Of a stretch of DNA of 64,000 nt, positions 30,083-43,089 are shown piece after piece. The notes beneath the pieces were generated by a model, which was given only the letters and a program-made list of their open reading frames with translations, was not told where the DNA came from and ran no database searches. Location: positions 1,364,001 to 1,428,000 of the forward strand of contig OX337230.1 of NCBI GenBank assembly GCA_946965045.2, given 5' to 3'. Made by a program: the position numbers and the translations under genes. Numbering within the stretch: the first letter of the stretch is position 1; every line of letters starts with the position of its first letter. The stretch is from Epithemia pelagica. Its lineage: Eukaryota; Protista; Bacillariophyta.

Positions 30083-31083
30083 AGCAAAGTCATTAAATAT
30101 ATTGTTTACCCCTGTGTCGTAGTGGACTCAAATTCATGTCCTTGTTTCTGATGTCAATAAATAATAGAGTGTGTGTGGTTCGCATCTTCAGAAACATATA
30201 ATCGCCAATTATTGGTAAAATTAAACGCTTAAAAATCCTTATCCCTATAATAGGAAACAGTCATTCTGGCCACTGGGAACAAAATTCGTAGGTGTCCCTG
30301 ATAGCCATAGGAATATCCTATGAAATCGTTTTTCACTGTTTGCAGTTCAGGTTCCAGTTGTGTCTTATGCCCTGCGGATGCGGAGTGATCTGTTCGAATT
30401 TCGAACGGGACTGCGTCGTCCTTTTTCGTAGGCCGCATACGAGTACGACGAGTGAGAAAAAAAGAGGATACGCAACTCCCATCCAGCTTTCAGTTCATGC
30501 CGTGAATTTTGGTTGGGACTTAATATTCATCATTCCCCCAAAACCCACACCCCATCCCCATCCGTATCATTCGTCATATCATGTACGAGTGTGTACGAGT
30601 AAGACAATGATCACGCTCTGATATAAGAATCAGAGATCAGAGCACATCATGAGAATGAGACGGTTAAACAAGCCCGCATGCAGCAATTCGTCTGAGTTCA
30701 GTATGAACGGGACGGGTGGGCCGTAAGGCTTGGGGTCTGGGGTGGGAAATTCCAGAATGACCAGCTGTACCAAAAACGCACGGACAATAAAGTAAAAAGT
30801 ACAATTGATCAGATATGGCGGTTGCTGAAACGGTTAAATATATATAGCAATGAATACTTTAATGGTGAGTCATGGTATGATTTGCAGGTGCACCTCCAAC
30901 CGCGTAATTTGCGAGTAAGGTCTCACCCTTGACGTATCCATTATATTAATGTACGACTCCCAACCATCGATCTATGACCACTACAAGCGTTTTTTGTGTT
31001 GAAGCCTGTAATTTGACGTTGAATGACGTTACGAGCTCCCCGCTCCACTTCTCCCTATCAACCAGTCTCTCCAAAATCGCTAA

Positions 31084-34000
31084 GTGCTCATCCCCATGAA
31101 ATACAATATGACGAACAGTCGGCCGCCGCAACAGCAAACAAGGAAAAGGGGTAGTAGTACCAAAGGGGAACTGGACATGGTACGGAAACGATCGAGGGAA
31201 GAGGACGACGATAGCAATTCCACTACTCCAACACCAAACGAGCAGCCGCCGCCACCGGCAAACAACTGTGTGTCACCATCACCGCCACCAGCACGACGCC
31301 GAATCTTGTAGATTCCAAAACCCACCAAGGAACAAGGAACCCAACAGCAGCAGCATCATCATCAGCAGCAACGAGCTCAACGGGCAGTTGCAACAAACCA
31401 TAGTACCAACATACGAATAACTACAGTTAGAGTGACATCCGAGAATCTCTGTCGACGGGTTGACTTGTTGGAACAACAAGCACAGCAGATAATGTCGACA
31501 ACAACAACGACAGAGGATCCCATGTCTCCTCCTCCATCACAGAAAAGAAAGGTTGCTACCACAATGACGGAAGCACCAACAGCGACAGCGGATGACGGCG
31601 AGCGATTCATGGATTGGCGTTCTATATTGATAATGAAGATAAGGAATCTTGAATGAACTGCCCAGTTTTCATGATCAATATCAACATTTTGTCGCATGAC
31701 GGTGATTTCATCAAGAACTCCGGACGGAAAGTCAACGAACGGAGACGGAAATAGCTTTCAGAAAACAACACGCGCGATCAAAGAGTACCAAAAACTTCTG
31801 GAAGAAAAGTCTGTGGAAAATTCCCCTGGACCACCTTGGCTGATGCGCTGGAGGAAATTGTCAAGGCGTTTAAATCTAAGGGTGTAGAGGTTATGACAGC
31901 GGCGAAAGATGAAGTTGTGACCGAACTCGAAAAATTGGCTGGAGACAAGGCCGACAAATGAAAGAAAATCGAAACGTGGGAGACTTATTGTCAGGGACGA
32001 CAAGCGAAAAAATCCGAAATAATCGATTTGGACGGGTGTGCAATCACATTATGGCGGCTCTTGATGTCGACTGACTTGATGGATAGAACCACAAAACCAC
32101 AATCAACAACAGATCCACTCGAACGGAACTTCTCCCGAAATTCGGGTGAGGAAACTCGAACTGTGGTAGTCCCTCGAATAATTAACCAAACGAGGAGGAC
32201 GAGTAGTAGCACCGCCCCAATTCACCAAGACAACAACACGAGAAGGACACGAAACAAGTGGCCAAGCAGAATCTGTCCAAGAAATATCTTCGTTCGTTTG
32301 GAACCACTCGTAAAAGAAACCAGAAAACAAGCAAATTTCGATGCGCCTCCCAAGGAACGAACGGACTTGGACCAGAAACTGACGGCTCGAGATGAATTGG
32401 ACTTTGATAAAATGGATGACAATGAGGATGAATCCGTCTTTGGTCGTCCGTTGCCTCGACCCAAGGATCCTCGCAATCGTCCACAGTCTTGTCATTATCA
32501 ACATCAACAGTATTGTCGGTGGGGCAACGCAAAAACGGAGTTGGGAATTCCTCTGGTACATAAGAGGAAAGCTCCTCTCGATCCAGCAGCCGAGGCCATC
32601 GCCAACCAACCGCCACCACGAACAAACCGACTGTGGATGCTATTCGCTAGTCACACGACAATACCCACTCCGCCATGATCCTCCAAGCCAAAACCACGAC
32701 AACCTCGGATGAATCAGACTATGACGAAGCTTTGAGGTTCAACTGTTGGCGTCCAAAAAGGGCTTTCGTTCACGACTCTTTTTGGCATCCACCGCCCACA
32801 ACAACAACAAGGACGCCGACCGACACCACGAAACAGGACGACCGTAAAAGTCCATTGTCTAGGGACGAAACATCTCTCTTGTTGTCGTCAGTTTCCATGA
32901 AGAAGAAGAAGAAGAAGATGGCATTACAATTTCATCACAACAGTAAGGATCCTGACACGGCCGACGATCAAACCACTACCAACGATTCAGTTTCGGCCAG
33001 ACACACTCGACAACAACAACAGCAACGGCCTCTGGAAAAGTCGGATCCGAGCAATGGCTTCTTGTCGATGTCATTGTCATCACACGGTGGAGATGAAAGT
33101 TCGACCACCGCAACCAATAGGGGCAGTTTGGCAATGCCAACCAGCTCCCAAAGCCCCTGTCGTCAAAAAGGGCCACAAGAGGAACAGCAAGAATCCGAAC
33201 GCCCCCCAAAAAAACCAACACGATTGCAGCACGACTTCTACAAGTGCCTCCTTGACCTTGTCGTCCTCACCTCACAATGTCGCTCCAATGGGGCGTCCCA
33301 CCCTTTGTACTGGGACGCACCAAAAGTGCTTGACTCAAACTGCGACGACAACAAAAAGAACAGCTGCAGCAGCGGAAACCAAACAAAGAAGGTCCACAGC
33401 ACCAGGACGATGATGGCGTTCCCCAACAGTCGCGGAGAAAGGCAGGGTTGTGGACTGCCTCGTGTGACGATGACCAAAGTTGGACCGTGAATGCTCCAAT
33501 CAATGAATCGAGCAGCAGCAGTTCCGTTCCATCCTATTCGTCCCTTTCCTACACCTCCTCATACACGACATCTCATAGTACACGAATGACACGACGGCGC
33601 TTTGTCAATGCCCCCACCACACTCCACGACGACAACGAGACGGTTGCAATCAAAACATGCAGGACCCGTGGAGGAACCACTGGCCGACAACAACGAGAGC
33701 ATGGTCGAGTCGCCCACAGTGCCAGCACCAACCCATAGTAAAAGACTGTCAACGAATTCCACCAATGGTGGAGTGGGGGTCAATGTCTACAATTTGCAAG
33801 ACGATGGTCAACTACAACTCTTGGCGGACGAAGTATGCTTTTTGTGTGAGGGATTCTGGGAAAATATTGAATCAGGATTCATCCTAGAATTGGCCTGGCT
33901 CTTGAGTCTGGAACGCAACCGGAAACTGTTGTGTAAGTCCAACCATGTGGAGGCATCTGCTGGTGCTGCTGCCACCGATGGACCGGTGCTTCAAGCTATT

Positions 34001-34420
34001 TTGGATTTGATGGGGCAATTGCCTGTAACTCTCTTTCACCAACGACAGCAACAAGAACCCTCCCTTCTCACCAATACGCCGGAGGATGCCTGGCTTCCCC
34101 TGTCTTGTGAAACGACACCAGATGGAGTACCGAATCGAAATGACTACGAATGCAACAATCATACGAGGCAAATCGGAAACAAGCGGCGACAACAACAACA
34201 ACACCATACTCAACAATCCACTCCTCGTTTCGGCCGAACGAAACAACATCAACACCAACACCACACTCAACAATTGACAACCATACGCAAGCTATCCAAA
34301 AGAGTAGCATACCAGCGACAACAGCACCCAAAGCAACAATCCACTCCTAGTTTCGGCCGAACGACAACAACACCCAACGCAACCCAAACGCAACAATCAA
34401 AAGCTGACAACAAGAGATGA
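31084..34420 (+). pseudogene. Fragmented low-complexity gene, possibly a WAPL-like N-terminal part
   Basis: A chain of + strand ORFs broken by frame changes and stops. LQDDGQLQLLADEVCFLCEG...LELAWLLS resembles the start of the WAPL domain (weak, by eye). Confidence 0.3.
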
Positions 34421-35581
34421 GGATGGAGGAAAGGCAGATCCATGGACCAACCAACGCAGCAATCAACCTCTTTGACGAGCAGCGACAACCACAACTAGCA
34501 ACAACAAGGAGGAGCAGCAAGACCAAGAGAAATGACTATACGAGTACTACGATGCACAAACAAGCTACTAGTCTAGACTTCCTACTGTGAAAGCGAGCAG
34601 CGCACATGGAAACCAACCCCCCACAACGATAACCTCAACCGACGATCCTCCCAAACCAGCAGTAATATGAACGAAAGCAAAATGGAGAAGGAAAGCAACA
34701 ATCAACTACGGTCAACTAGACAGAATAAGATGAGAAAGACATGCAACAATCAAACCAGTTCCATTTCTGATTCCACTTTCCCGTCTGGTTCAAAATTTTT
34801 AGATATACACCCAGACCAGGACTGGTTTGCTGATGTTCATGGTACTTATGGCCACATGCGTGCGAGTGGCGAAAAAGGGAAACTATCATCACACTCATCA
34901 TGTTCGTCCAGTTCCTGTTCCATCCTCATTGTCAGTTTTTGAACAACAACACGGGTTTATGAAATGAAGGTTTCTTACTTAAAAAACCGTTGGAAGCAGA
35001 CAAATGCAGCGGAATGTCTGCTTAGTGATAAGAGTTTCATGTTCATTTCAGGCCCGCTAAGCATCCACCAGAAACACGTCTCTTTAATTCACTCGTACTC
35101 CTTAATAATAGACCTATGGCCGCTACCCATCATGTAGAGAAAACTACTGCTCCTGAATACGGATACTGAACTCAGCCGTCCTATACCGCCTTGGCGGTTT
35201 CAATCCTGAATCCTGAATGCAACATGCAACGACTCGGACAGAGTGGAAGTAGACTACCTAGTGGGATTAGGGGTGGGGGTGGAGGGTGGAGGGGGAGGCT
35301 ACTCTAACTTCAAGATGAGTGGATGACATAACAAAAAATCAAACATCTTCCGTAGTCCGTAGTCCGTACAAGCTGGTTTCACGAGGGACCTGCCTAGTCT
35401 ATTACAGTACAAATACTGTACTGACAATTTTGTACATAAAACCATCATAGTAATCATTTATGCCCCGCTGCTTCTCGACCATGAGGACGGCAAATTTGGA
35501 TGCTCATAGGAAAACGATGCCGTTCATGGCTGTGAACGTAAGAGCTAATGTTACTAATCGTTCTAATTGGTCTTATGTGAA

Positions 35582-36082
35582 CTACATTGCAAAGAAGAGA
35601 TCTTGATTTGCGAATTTGGCCGTCATGGAGCCAAGTGTAGCATTGAGGTCATTCATGTCCTCAAGTTGCATGTAGACCGTCAGCACCATTGGGTCCATGC
35701 AGACCTGCGTATCAATGCTGCACCGCGTATAGAACCGAATGCGACCCTTGACTTTCTTCTCATGCGTAGGTGACGCCACTGCTTGCATCTCAGACTTCAT
35801 GATGAAGCCAATCGGAAGCACAAGCAGCGGGTCAACATGCTCCGAATGGGCTTCTCGTTTGAAAAAGGCAAGCCGGAGATAATCTGTCTCTACTTCACGC
35901 TGTAAGAGGATGTGTCCTCGATCCACAACATTCCGTCCGTGACGTCCAAGGTTGTCGGTCATCAGGGCCATGAGCACGTTGACGTTCTTGGCGTAGAAAC
36001 TCGTCCGAAATTTGACGCCAGCACCCCCACCATCAACAATGCCTTCTCTCTCCGCGTTGAAATAAAAGTCTAATCCATCCAT
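35582..36082 (-). CDS. Hypothetical cargo ORF (166 aa)
   Basis: Non-repetitive, globular-looking ORF inside the TIR pair. No family recognised. Confidence 0.55.
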   Translation of the reverse strand: MDGLDFYFNAEREGIVDGGGAGVKFRTSFYAKNVNVLMALMTDNLGRHGRNVVDRGHILLQREVETDYLRLAFFKREAHSEHVDPLLVLPIGFIMKSEMQAVASPTHEKKVKGRIRFYTRCSIDTQVCMDPMVLTVYMQLEDMNDLNATLGSMTAKFANQDLFFAM

Positions 36083-36390
36083 TGTTAGCCGTGGTTGCTG
36101 CTTCCTTATTCCTTAGGCGTCGTTTATTATTAAAGCGACGTTGGATTGTTGCGTGTTGAATTCGAATCGTTGGTTTTGTGTTTCGTTTGCGGATGGCTCC
36201 GAAATGTGGCGGCCCCCCGGGTTGGTCGGAGCACTTGCGCGCACCTCCACCATGGTGATCTAAGTAGATTGCAGGATTTTGGTCCTTATTCCGAGCATGC
36301 ACACACTTTTGCTATTGTGGGCTTGCGTGTATTCTGCTTGTGGGACTCGGCTCAGGATGGTGCACGGTGCCCACGCTCACAAAATCGGAG

Positions 36391-37250
36391 ATGAGCACCA
36401 ACACCAACACCAAGCTCCGTCGTTCAAATCGGCTTGCCTCCTCAGAGGGCGGCATTGTCTCGGCCATGGCGAGTACCCTGCCGACGAGGAACAATAAGAC
36501 TCCCAGCAAGAAACCCAGTGCCAAACGCAACAAGAAGAGCCAGGACGGCTCGCCCGGATCTGTGGTCGGCAAACGCAAGGAGAAGCTTGTCGTGCTTGCT
36601 CCAGTTAAGGGAGCCGACAAGCAGGAGCGCTACAAGGCTGCCCTGCAAGGAGCCACGCAGTGGCAGCTCACCCTTGCTGACGGCAATGGAGCGACAACGC
36701 TCGCAATCTGCCGCACAAAAGGTGAAGGTGAAATCACCTTTGGTGGTATCATTGAAACCTTGCAGAAGATTGGCACTGATGACGAACTAGAAGATTCAGA
36801 TGTCAAGAAGAACAGTTTTGGTAAGTGGACACTGCAGCCGATTGTTGCCCTACAATATAAATTGACAACTAACTACGCTCCTATTTTCAAGTTCCGAAGA
36901 CTCCTTCGAAGGTGCAGTTCGTCGGGGTAATGGAAAAGGAGGAACAAGAAGAAGTGATGGCTGAACCGGTCGTGTCCTCAATGACACCAGGTCAGCAGTA
37001 TGCGGCGAATCGCGTCATGTCCGAACACCAGGTTAGGTTTCACACAGGCGGAACGCCATTCAAGGCCACGAAGAACCGTCCTGCCGAGAACCAGCCGTCG
37101 ACACCCGAGCTTTTGTTCCGCCACCGCCAGAAGCTCTTCTGCGACCAAGCTACGGTGGATCCCCTCTCTGCGCAACAAGACTCTCAAGTGGACGACGGGT
37201 TTGAAGATACCCAGGATTGTCCGTTCTCTGAGGAGTACTACAATTACTAG
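36391..37250 (+). CDS. Hypothetical spliced cargo gene join(36391..36820, 36892..37250), ~262 aa
   Basis: A GTAAGT...CTAAC...CAAG intron at 36821-36891 joins ORFs 36340..36930 and 36912..37250 in frame. Confidence 0.6.
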
Positions 37251-37284
37251 ATAGTCAACTAAGAATCTTTATCTACGTAGAAAG

Positions 37285-38235
37285 TTATTCATTATCTGAA
37301 TCTTCATCGTCACGGTCTTCATCATCATCATCATCTTTACCATGTAGATTGTAACATAAAAACAATTCTTTACCACAAGGGATATCGTGGATCGCAGTCA
37401 CCTTGAGCTTCCCATCGATGTGGATGTTGTATTTTTTATCGTCCGCGTCAACCTCTTCGTCGGTGTTGTACTTGAGGAAGTGGGGGTCGTTGGAGAAGTG
37501 GAGACCCATCCACAGCTCCTGTTTTGTTGCTTCGATGTGAAAGGGCGTTTTAGATCGGGTGAGGATGGCGAATTGAGATGGCTCTTTTTGGAGCCCCTCA
37601 ATCACACTGCCACAATAGTACCCCAAGCTTTCGCCCGCCTCGTAGTTGCGAGCGGCAAAAGCTCCGAGACCAGCGTTCGGCAGCGTCGATTTCTTTATCG
37701 TAATGAGATCCTTGTTGAGGTACCGGGTGGTCACCTCAAAGTGCTGCTCATCGTCGTTCATATCGACCATGAAGGTGCCAAAGATTGTTACGTTGTCCTT
37801 CATTTTAGCGTTGATGCGAGGAGCTCGGTTCTTGGTGGTGTTCTTCTGAACCTGTTTGATTGTTGTAGTCACGGGCTTGCCCTTCGTGCCGTGTTCCTTT
37901 CGCACGAGGGCACCACGCAAACTAACAACTCCCTTGATGTGCTCCGCAACGAAATGTTGCATCTTTGCACGGTCGGTAAGACTTCCAGATCCCACCAACT
38001 GGTCCAGCTTTTTCATCAACCTCGTCGTACCAACGGGTTTCGGCTTGGGCAGCGTTTTCTGCTTCTTCTCCGTCGCCCTGATGCGACGAAGAAGGTTGCG
38101 CTTGTCTTGCTTGTAGTTTCGATTGGGCTGTAGCTCAATCGACTTGGCAAGCCGACGGAGCTGTGCATCGCTCTGATGCTTCTTCGACTTTGACGCCGTT
38201 GTTTTTGCAGTCGCACGTGCTGGCGGCTTTCCCAT
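37285..38235 (-). CDS. SET-domain protein (316 aa) with basic N-terminus
   Basis: KKSTLPNAGLGAFA, LGYYCG, HFSNDPH and GKELFLCYN correspond to SET motifs I-IV. Confidence 0.8.
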   Translation of the reverse strand: MGKPPARATAKTTASKSKKHQSDAQLRRLAKSIELQPNRNYKQDKRNLLRRIRATEKKQKTLPKPKPVGTTRLMKKLDQLVGSGSLTDRAKMQHFVAEHIKGVVSLRGALVRKEHGTKGKPVTTTIKQVQKNTTKNRAPRINAKMKDNVTIFGTFMVDMNDDEQHFEVTTRYLNKDLITIKKSTLPNAGLGAFAARNYEAGESLGYYCGSVIEGLQKEPSQFAILTRSKTPFHIEATKQELWMGLHFSNDPHFLKYNTDEEVDADDKKYNIHIDGKLKVTAIHDIPCGKELFLCYNLHGKDDDDDEDRDDEDSDNE

Positions 38236-38242
38236 GGTCAGC

Positions 38243-38326
38243 GAATCGCAAATCCAAGATCTTTTTCAGAACAAAAAGGGATGAAGAATCGCAAACCCAA
38301 AATCTTTTTCAGAACAAAAAGGGATG
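38243..38326 (+). repeat. 2 x 41-bp direct repeat just upstream of the SET gene
   Basis: GAATCGCAAA(T/C)CCAA(G/A)ATCTTTTTCAGAACAAAAAGGGATG at 38243 and 38286. Confidence 0.85.
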
Positions 38327-38449
38327 GAAGCAGCGCACTCCCCATTATGCTGCCACATGTCCCACTCTTGTGAATTGTATCGGAAACAATGTGGCAGTGA
38401 CTCAGGTTGTGGATGGAATTTCTCCTTCGACAAACACAGTGGTAGCTAG

Positions 38450-39456
38450 AATAACTATGTACTCTATTGTAGCAGTAAAAAAAGGAAACAAAGTGCAATC
38501 GGCATTTGACACAAAGGTTGTGCAAAAGCCTACAAGTATCTCTTTGGTCGTTCTCACTCGCTCGCGCTCTCTCTCTCTCTCTCTTGAGTCGTCGTCCGTG
38601 CAACAGCAACAGCAGCAACAACAACAAACGGTTCAACACTTGGAACAAGCCTTGCATCAATTCTTGGCCGAAGCCGTCACCTTGTATCGTTATTTGGTCA
38701 ATCATTTGCAAGCCAAATTGCTCGGACAGTCGGCCACCTTTTCGCAGTCGCAAGTATCCTCCTTGGCTTCGTCGTCGCAAACCCTGTCGCAATCGCAAGA
38801 CGACGACGACGAGGAGCATCCACCCAGCAACGACCAACCAGAAGAATTGACGCCACTCTCTCCTTGGCCGTCGTCTTCCAAGTGAATACGACTACGAGTA
38901 CCAACGCCTACACGACAAACAGCGCTACGACCAAGGGCCACCCCACGGCCAATCCTACGGCCACGCAACATTCGTCGGCCAGTGCCTTGTATTGGTATGC
39001 CCGAGCGCTCTTGGCTCCATCAACATACTGCCACAGTGACGGCAACAACAACAACGACATGGAGTCAACGAAGCGCTCATTCTTCCAACAGCAACAATCA
39101 CAAACAACAAGTCATGACGACTCGCTTATTCTTGGCCGAGTTTGTCGATTTGCATCGATTGTTTTTTGTTTGCCAAGGAATCCACGACGCTCTACAAAAC
39201 CATGGAACGTGTGCGATGCCCTCTTGTGCAAACTCATTTGCATCCAAGCCTTTTTCGGAACATATCGTGAGTTCCACCAATGCAACGAGCAGCAGTCAAA
39301 CCACCACAAATATCTGCAGCCACCAAAGAACACCCTTGAGAACTCGGGACGATTTGACATTTCTTTGCCACTCGGTGACACGGTGATTGATTTTGAGGCC
39401 ATTGATGGCAGCAATGGACGAGATTCAAACGACGAGACGACAATGACCACGAAACC

Positions 39457-39494
<38 letters not shown>

Positions 39495-39571
39495 GACCTA
39501 AAAGACCACCCCGAACCGCCACAACAGGTTCACAGTCAACCACTCGAAGAGGAGGAGGAAGAAGAGAATGA
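38450..39571 (+). pseudogene. Fragments of an EST1/SMG5-7-like gene
   Basis: LHQFLAEAVTLYRYLVNHLQAKL resembles the SMG7 FLSEATGFYxxLI motif, and SALYWYARALLA resembles YxYxRSLA. Split over two frames. Confidence 0.45.
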
Positions 39572-39693
39572 TGAAGCACTGCCATTGGACGAACACACGA
39601 TACCACCAATAAGTACCCGCCGACCACAACTACAAACACCCATTCGTCTCGCACCTTGTCGCGATGCTCTTACGGGCGATCCACAATAGCGCT

Positions 39694-41433
39694 TCACATC
39701 CACGTGAGAAGAAGAATGTGTCCTCCTTGATGTGAATCCCGACCAGGATCATAACAGCAGTACGCATGTGAACTTAGTAACCTACCTAGTTGATTCAACA
39801 CTAAATGAGCACTACTAGTATGTAATATGTATCTTTGAGACATGCAAATTGTTTCAGGGTTCAGCTTGTTGTGCCTCTTTCCAAGCCTGCTGGATGTAGG
39901 TATGCTCTTGATCAAGGGTGTCCAGTAACCATCACCGTTGGAACCTACATCAAAGTACGTACAGAATGGGCTTGCATCAGTGATTTGTCGAATTCGCTTG
40001 TCGTCACCACCGATCACTTTGATTGCCGACTCCGTAGACAAATACTTGTCACGCCCAAGCACACTGTCCCTCCGTAGACAATTGATCCTTTGTATCATAT
40101 CGCGGCTGAGTAGATTGGTCTCCTTCTCCACACAGAAACTCCATGCCCGACTAACAAATGCACTTAGCATCAAACTATGACCCTCGTCTTTTGGCAGAAG
40201 GGTTCCAGATCCTTTGTGGTCATGCCAAGACTTCTTGGAGAATGACCATTGTTTGAAGACTGCCTCATCTTGGCCGACGATTATGACAGGGCGACGGTTG
40301 GGAGGGAAACGATGTGACAGATTTGCTCCGAAAGGCTTGTTTTCCTCTTTCACATACTTTGCGAAGCCTTCTGGGAAACAGTCAATATGGTATTCTCGCA
40401 TTGGCTTGTTGGTCACTGGGTCCACAAACTGAAAGGCCCAAACATTTTTCATCAGTTTCTCGCTGGAAGAATCACATCCGTCACCATTCTCTAGTTTGAC
40501 TGCTTCCTCGATGGGGATTTGAATCCATCGGTGTGCAAGCTTTTCAATCTTGAAGTAGTCTTCGATGAACTGCTTTCTGTGTGCCACGTTGTCTGGGTCC
40601 TCGTGCCGATCGGTGTAGTACGACTTCTTTGTGTCTGAAAACTTGAGGCCTGCATATGCAAGAAATCTTGCTGCTGTTGAAACTGCCACTGTTCTCAGCT
40701 TCAGTTGGCTCTTGAATTCCGTCAGAGTTGGCAGGTCCTCTGAATCCTCAGTTGCGTGGTCGGCTAGCTCCATGTTATAGATCTTAGGAACAAGCTCATC
40801 TCGAATGAAGGTGGCCACCATTTCACAGGACATCCGTTCTAGGTTCTTGCTTGCCCAACATTGAAAGATGCGCTGTGCTTCTGGGAATGCTTCAAATAGT
40901 AAGGGGCATGGCGTTCTTCCTCTCTGAACGTATGGATTGGGGTGAGGGAAGCGTTCATTGTTTCGGAACTGGATGTTCCAGACTTGGATTGTTCGCCAGT
41001 GAGTAGCAACTATTTTTGTCTCCGGTCCATGCATACGATGAAATTCACTCATTGCAGCTTGGCAACAATTACTCCAGTAGTTGCCTTTCTCCATTGTTGC
41101 CAGAGCCATCTGATACGTGATCCGGAGTAGCGTTGCTCTTGCCATTATCTTTGGCACGAAGCTTTTAGCAGGTTCATATTCATCTGCCTTGTTCACCAAA
41201 GACAAGAGATTGCTGTAGTTGTATTCAGCATCCATAAGACGCTTGACCCACCGTTCAAGCTTCTGTCTTGTCATTTCATCATTTCTCCCTGGTGGACCAG
41301 CAAAAATCTTCTTCACATATTTTTGGTCGAAGAAATCGGCGGTGGGTCTTGCACTTGGTGGTGCTGGTGGTGGTGGTGGTGGTGGTGCTTCAACTGGTAA
41401 TGGTACTGGTGCTGGTGCTGGTGGTGCTTCGAC

Positions 41434-41464
<31 letters not shown>

Positions 41465-41952
41465 GCTTTGACTGGTGGTGGTGGTGGTGGTTGTAATACA
41501 GCAACGGCTTCGTCTCTTATCGGCGTTGCAGGAGTCTTGCGTTTCTTCCTTTGTGTAATGCGAATTGTCAGTCTTTTTGCAAAGGATAGCCACTCACCAG
41601 GCGAATAGTCAATGTCTGGAGGTGGCTTATTCATACACGACAAAACATAGTAGAAATATTTTGTTGTTTGTCGCTCTTCATCATCTGGGTTTCGCAGTAG
41701 CACGTATCGATAGATGCCTCTTATATTCCGATTCATTGATGAAAAATGGAGGGTCCATTCAGGACTGCGTGTCAGAGCTCGGTTCATCTGTTGGGCGTTG
41801 GACAAAGTTGGAACCCATTGTTGCAAGAACGGAACCAGCTGATCATCAACAATCCACCAATCTGTCCATGGAAAGAGCTTTGGGCAGCATTGACCTTCAA
41901 ATACCTCACGAATTTTGCTTGTGATACTCATAGTTGATTGTCCAATATTCAA
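39694..41952 (-). pseudogene. Internally deleted IS630/Tc1/mariner-related DDE transposase
   Basis: KKSYYTDRHEDPDNVAHR, IIVGQDEAVF, LLPKDEGHSLMLSAF and GSNGDGYWT motifs. Plausible homology stops at ~39919. Confidence 0.65.
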
Positions 41953-42139
41953 AGTATCTCACACAGCCGGGGAGACAGACGAGGCAGTGGACGAGGCGAC
42001 AGTCTCTCGACACAAACGAGGCAGCGGACGAGGCGACGACAGAACAGTGCACGACGTGGAGTACTGCTATTTCTTGAGCTAAAGGCCCCGCGTACTGGAA
42101 GTTTTTATAGTTGATTGCTAGCTGCTCTTTGTTTCTTGT

Positions 42140-42369
42140 TGTTGTTGTTGTTGTGATTTGTGGCACTGGTGGTAGCCGAGGGGTTGGTAGTACAATACTC
42201 TTGTTGTTGTTGTTGTTGTTGTTTTGCGACGATGGTGACACAGCCGGGGAGACAAACGAGGCAGCGGCCGAGGCGAAAGTTTCTCGCCTTTGGAGTTGTT
42301 CTTGTTGTTGTTGTTGTTGTTGTGATTTGTGGCACTGGTGGTAGCCGAGGGGTTGGTAGTACAATACTC

Positions 42370-42423
<54 letters not shown>

Positions 42424-42557
42424 TCCAACGATGGTGACACAGCCGGGGAGACGAACGAGGCAGCGGCCGAGGCGAAAGTTTCTCGCCTTTGGAGTTGTTC
42501 TTGTTGTTGTTGTTGTGATTCGTGGCACTGGTAGTAGCCGAGGGGTTGGTAGTACTC

Positions 42558-42638
<81 letters not shown>

Positions 42639-42870
42639 TCTGACGATGGTGACACAGCCGGGGAGACGAACGAGGCAGCGGCCGAGGCGAAAGTTTCTCG
42701 CCTTTGGAGTTGTTCTTGTTGTTGTTGTTGTTGTGATTCGTGGCACTGGTAGTAGCCGAGGGGTTGGTAGTACTCTTGTTGTTGTTGTTGTTTTCCGACG
42801 ATGGTGACACAGCCGGGGAGACAAACGAGGCAGCGGCCGAGGCGAAAGTTTTTCGCCTTTGGAGTTGTTC

Positions 42871-42904
<34 letters not shown>

Positions 42905-42945
42905 GATTCGTGGCACTGGTGGTAGCCGAGGGGCTGTTAGTGCTC

Positions 42946-42996
<51 letters not shown>

Positions 42997-43089
42997 TCCG
43001 ACCATGGTGACACAGCCGGGGAGACGAACGAGGCAGCGGCCGAAGCGAAAGTTTTTCGCCTTTGGAGTTGCTGTTGTTGTTGTTGTTGC
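42140..43089. repeat. Compound satellite: 5 units (169-218 bp), each with two variable (GTT)n tracts
   Basis: Anchor GGCACTGG at 42162, 42331, 42524, 42742 and 42912. Confidence 0.92.

Larger units (their letters stand above)
24940..30297. mobile_element. PIF/Harbinger-like DNA transposon with four ORFs (5358 bp)
   Basis: Imperfect 30-bp TIRs (24940-24969 and 30268-30297; 23/30 identical, outer 8 bp GGACACCT perfect). 3-bp TSD CTG at 24937-24939 and 30298-30300. Encloses a Harbinger-type DDE transposase. Confidence 0.8.

Noticed and set aside
34795-39760. Similar peptides LDIHPDQD (34.8 kb) and LDVNPDQD (39.73 kb)
   Set aside because: Too short and not extendable at DNA level.
42140-43089. 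Repeat-spacer look suggesting a CRISPR array
   Set aside because: The variable parts are only (GTT)n length variants, not unique spacers. The context is eukaryotic and no cas genes are present.
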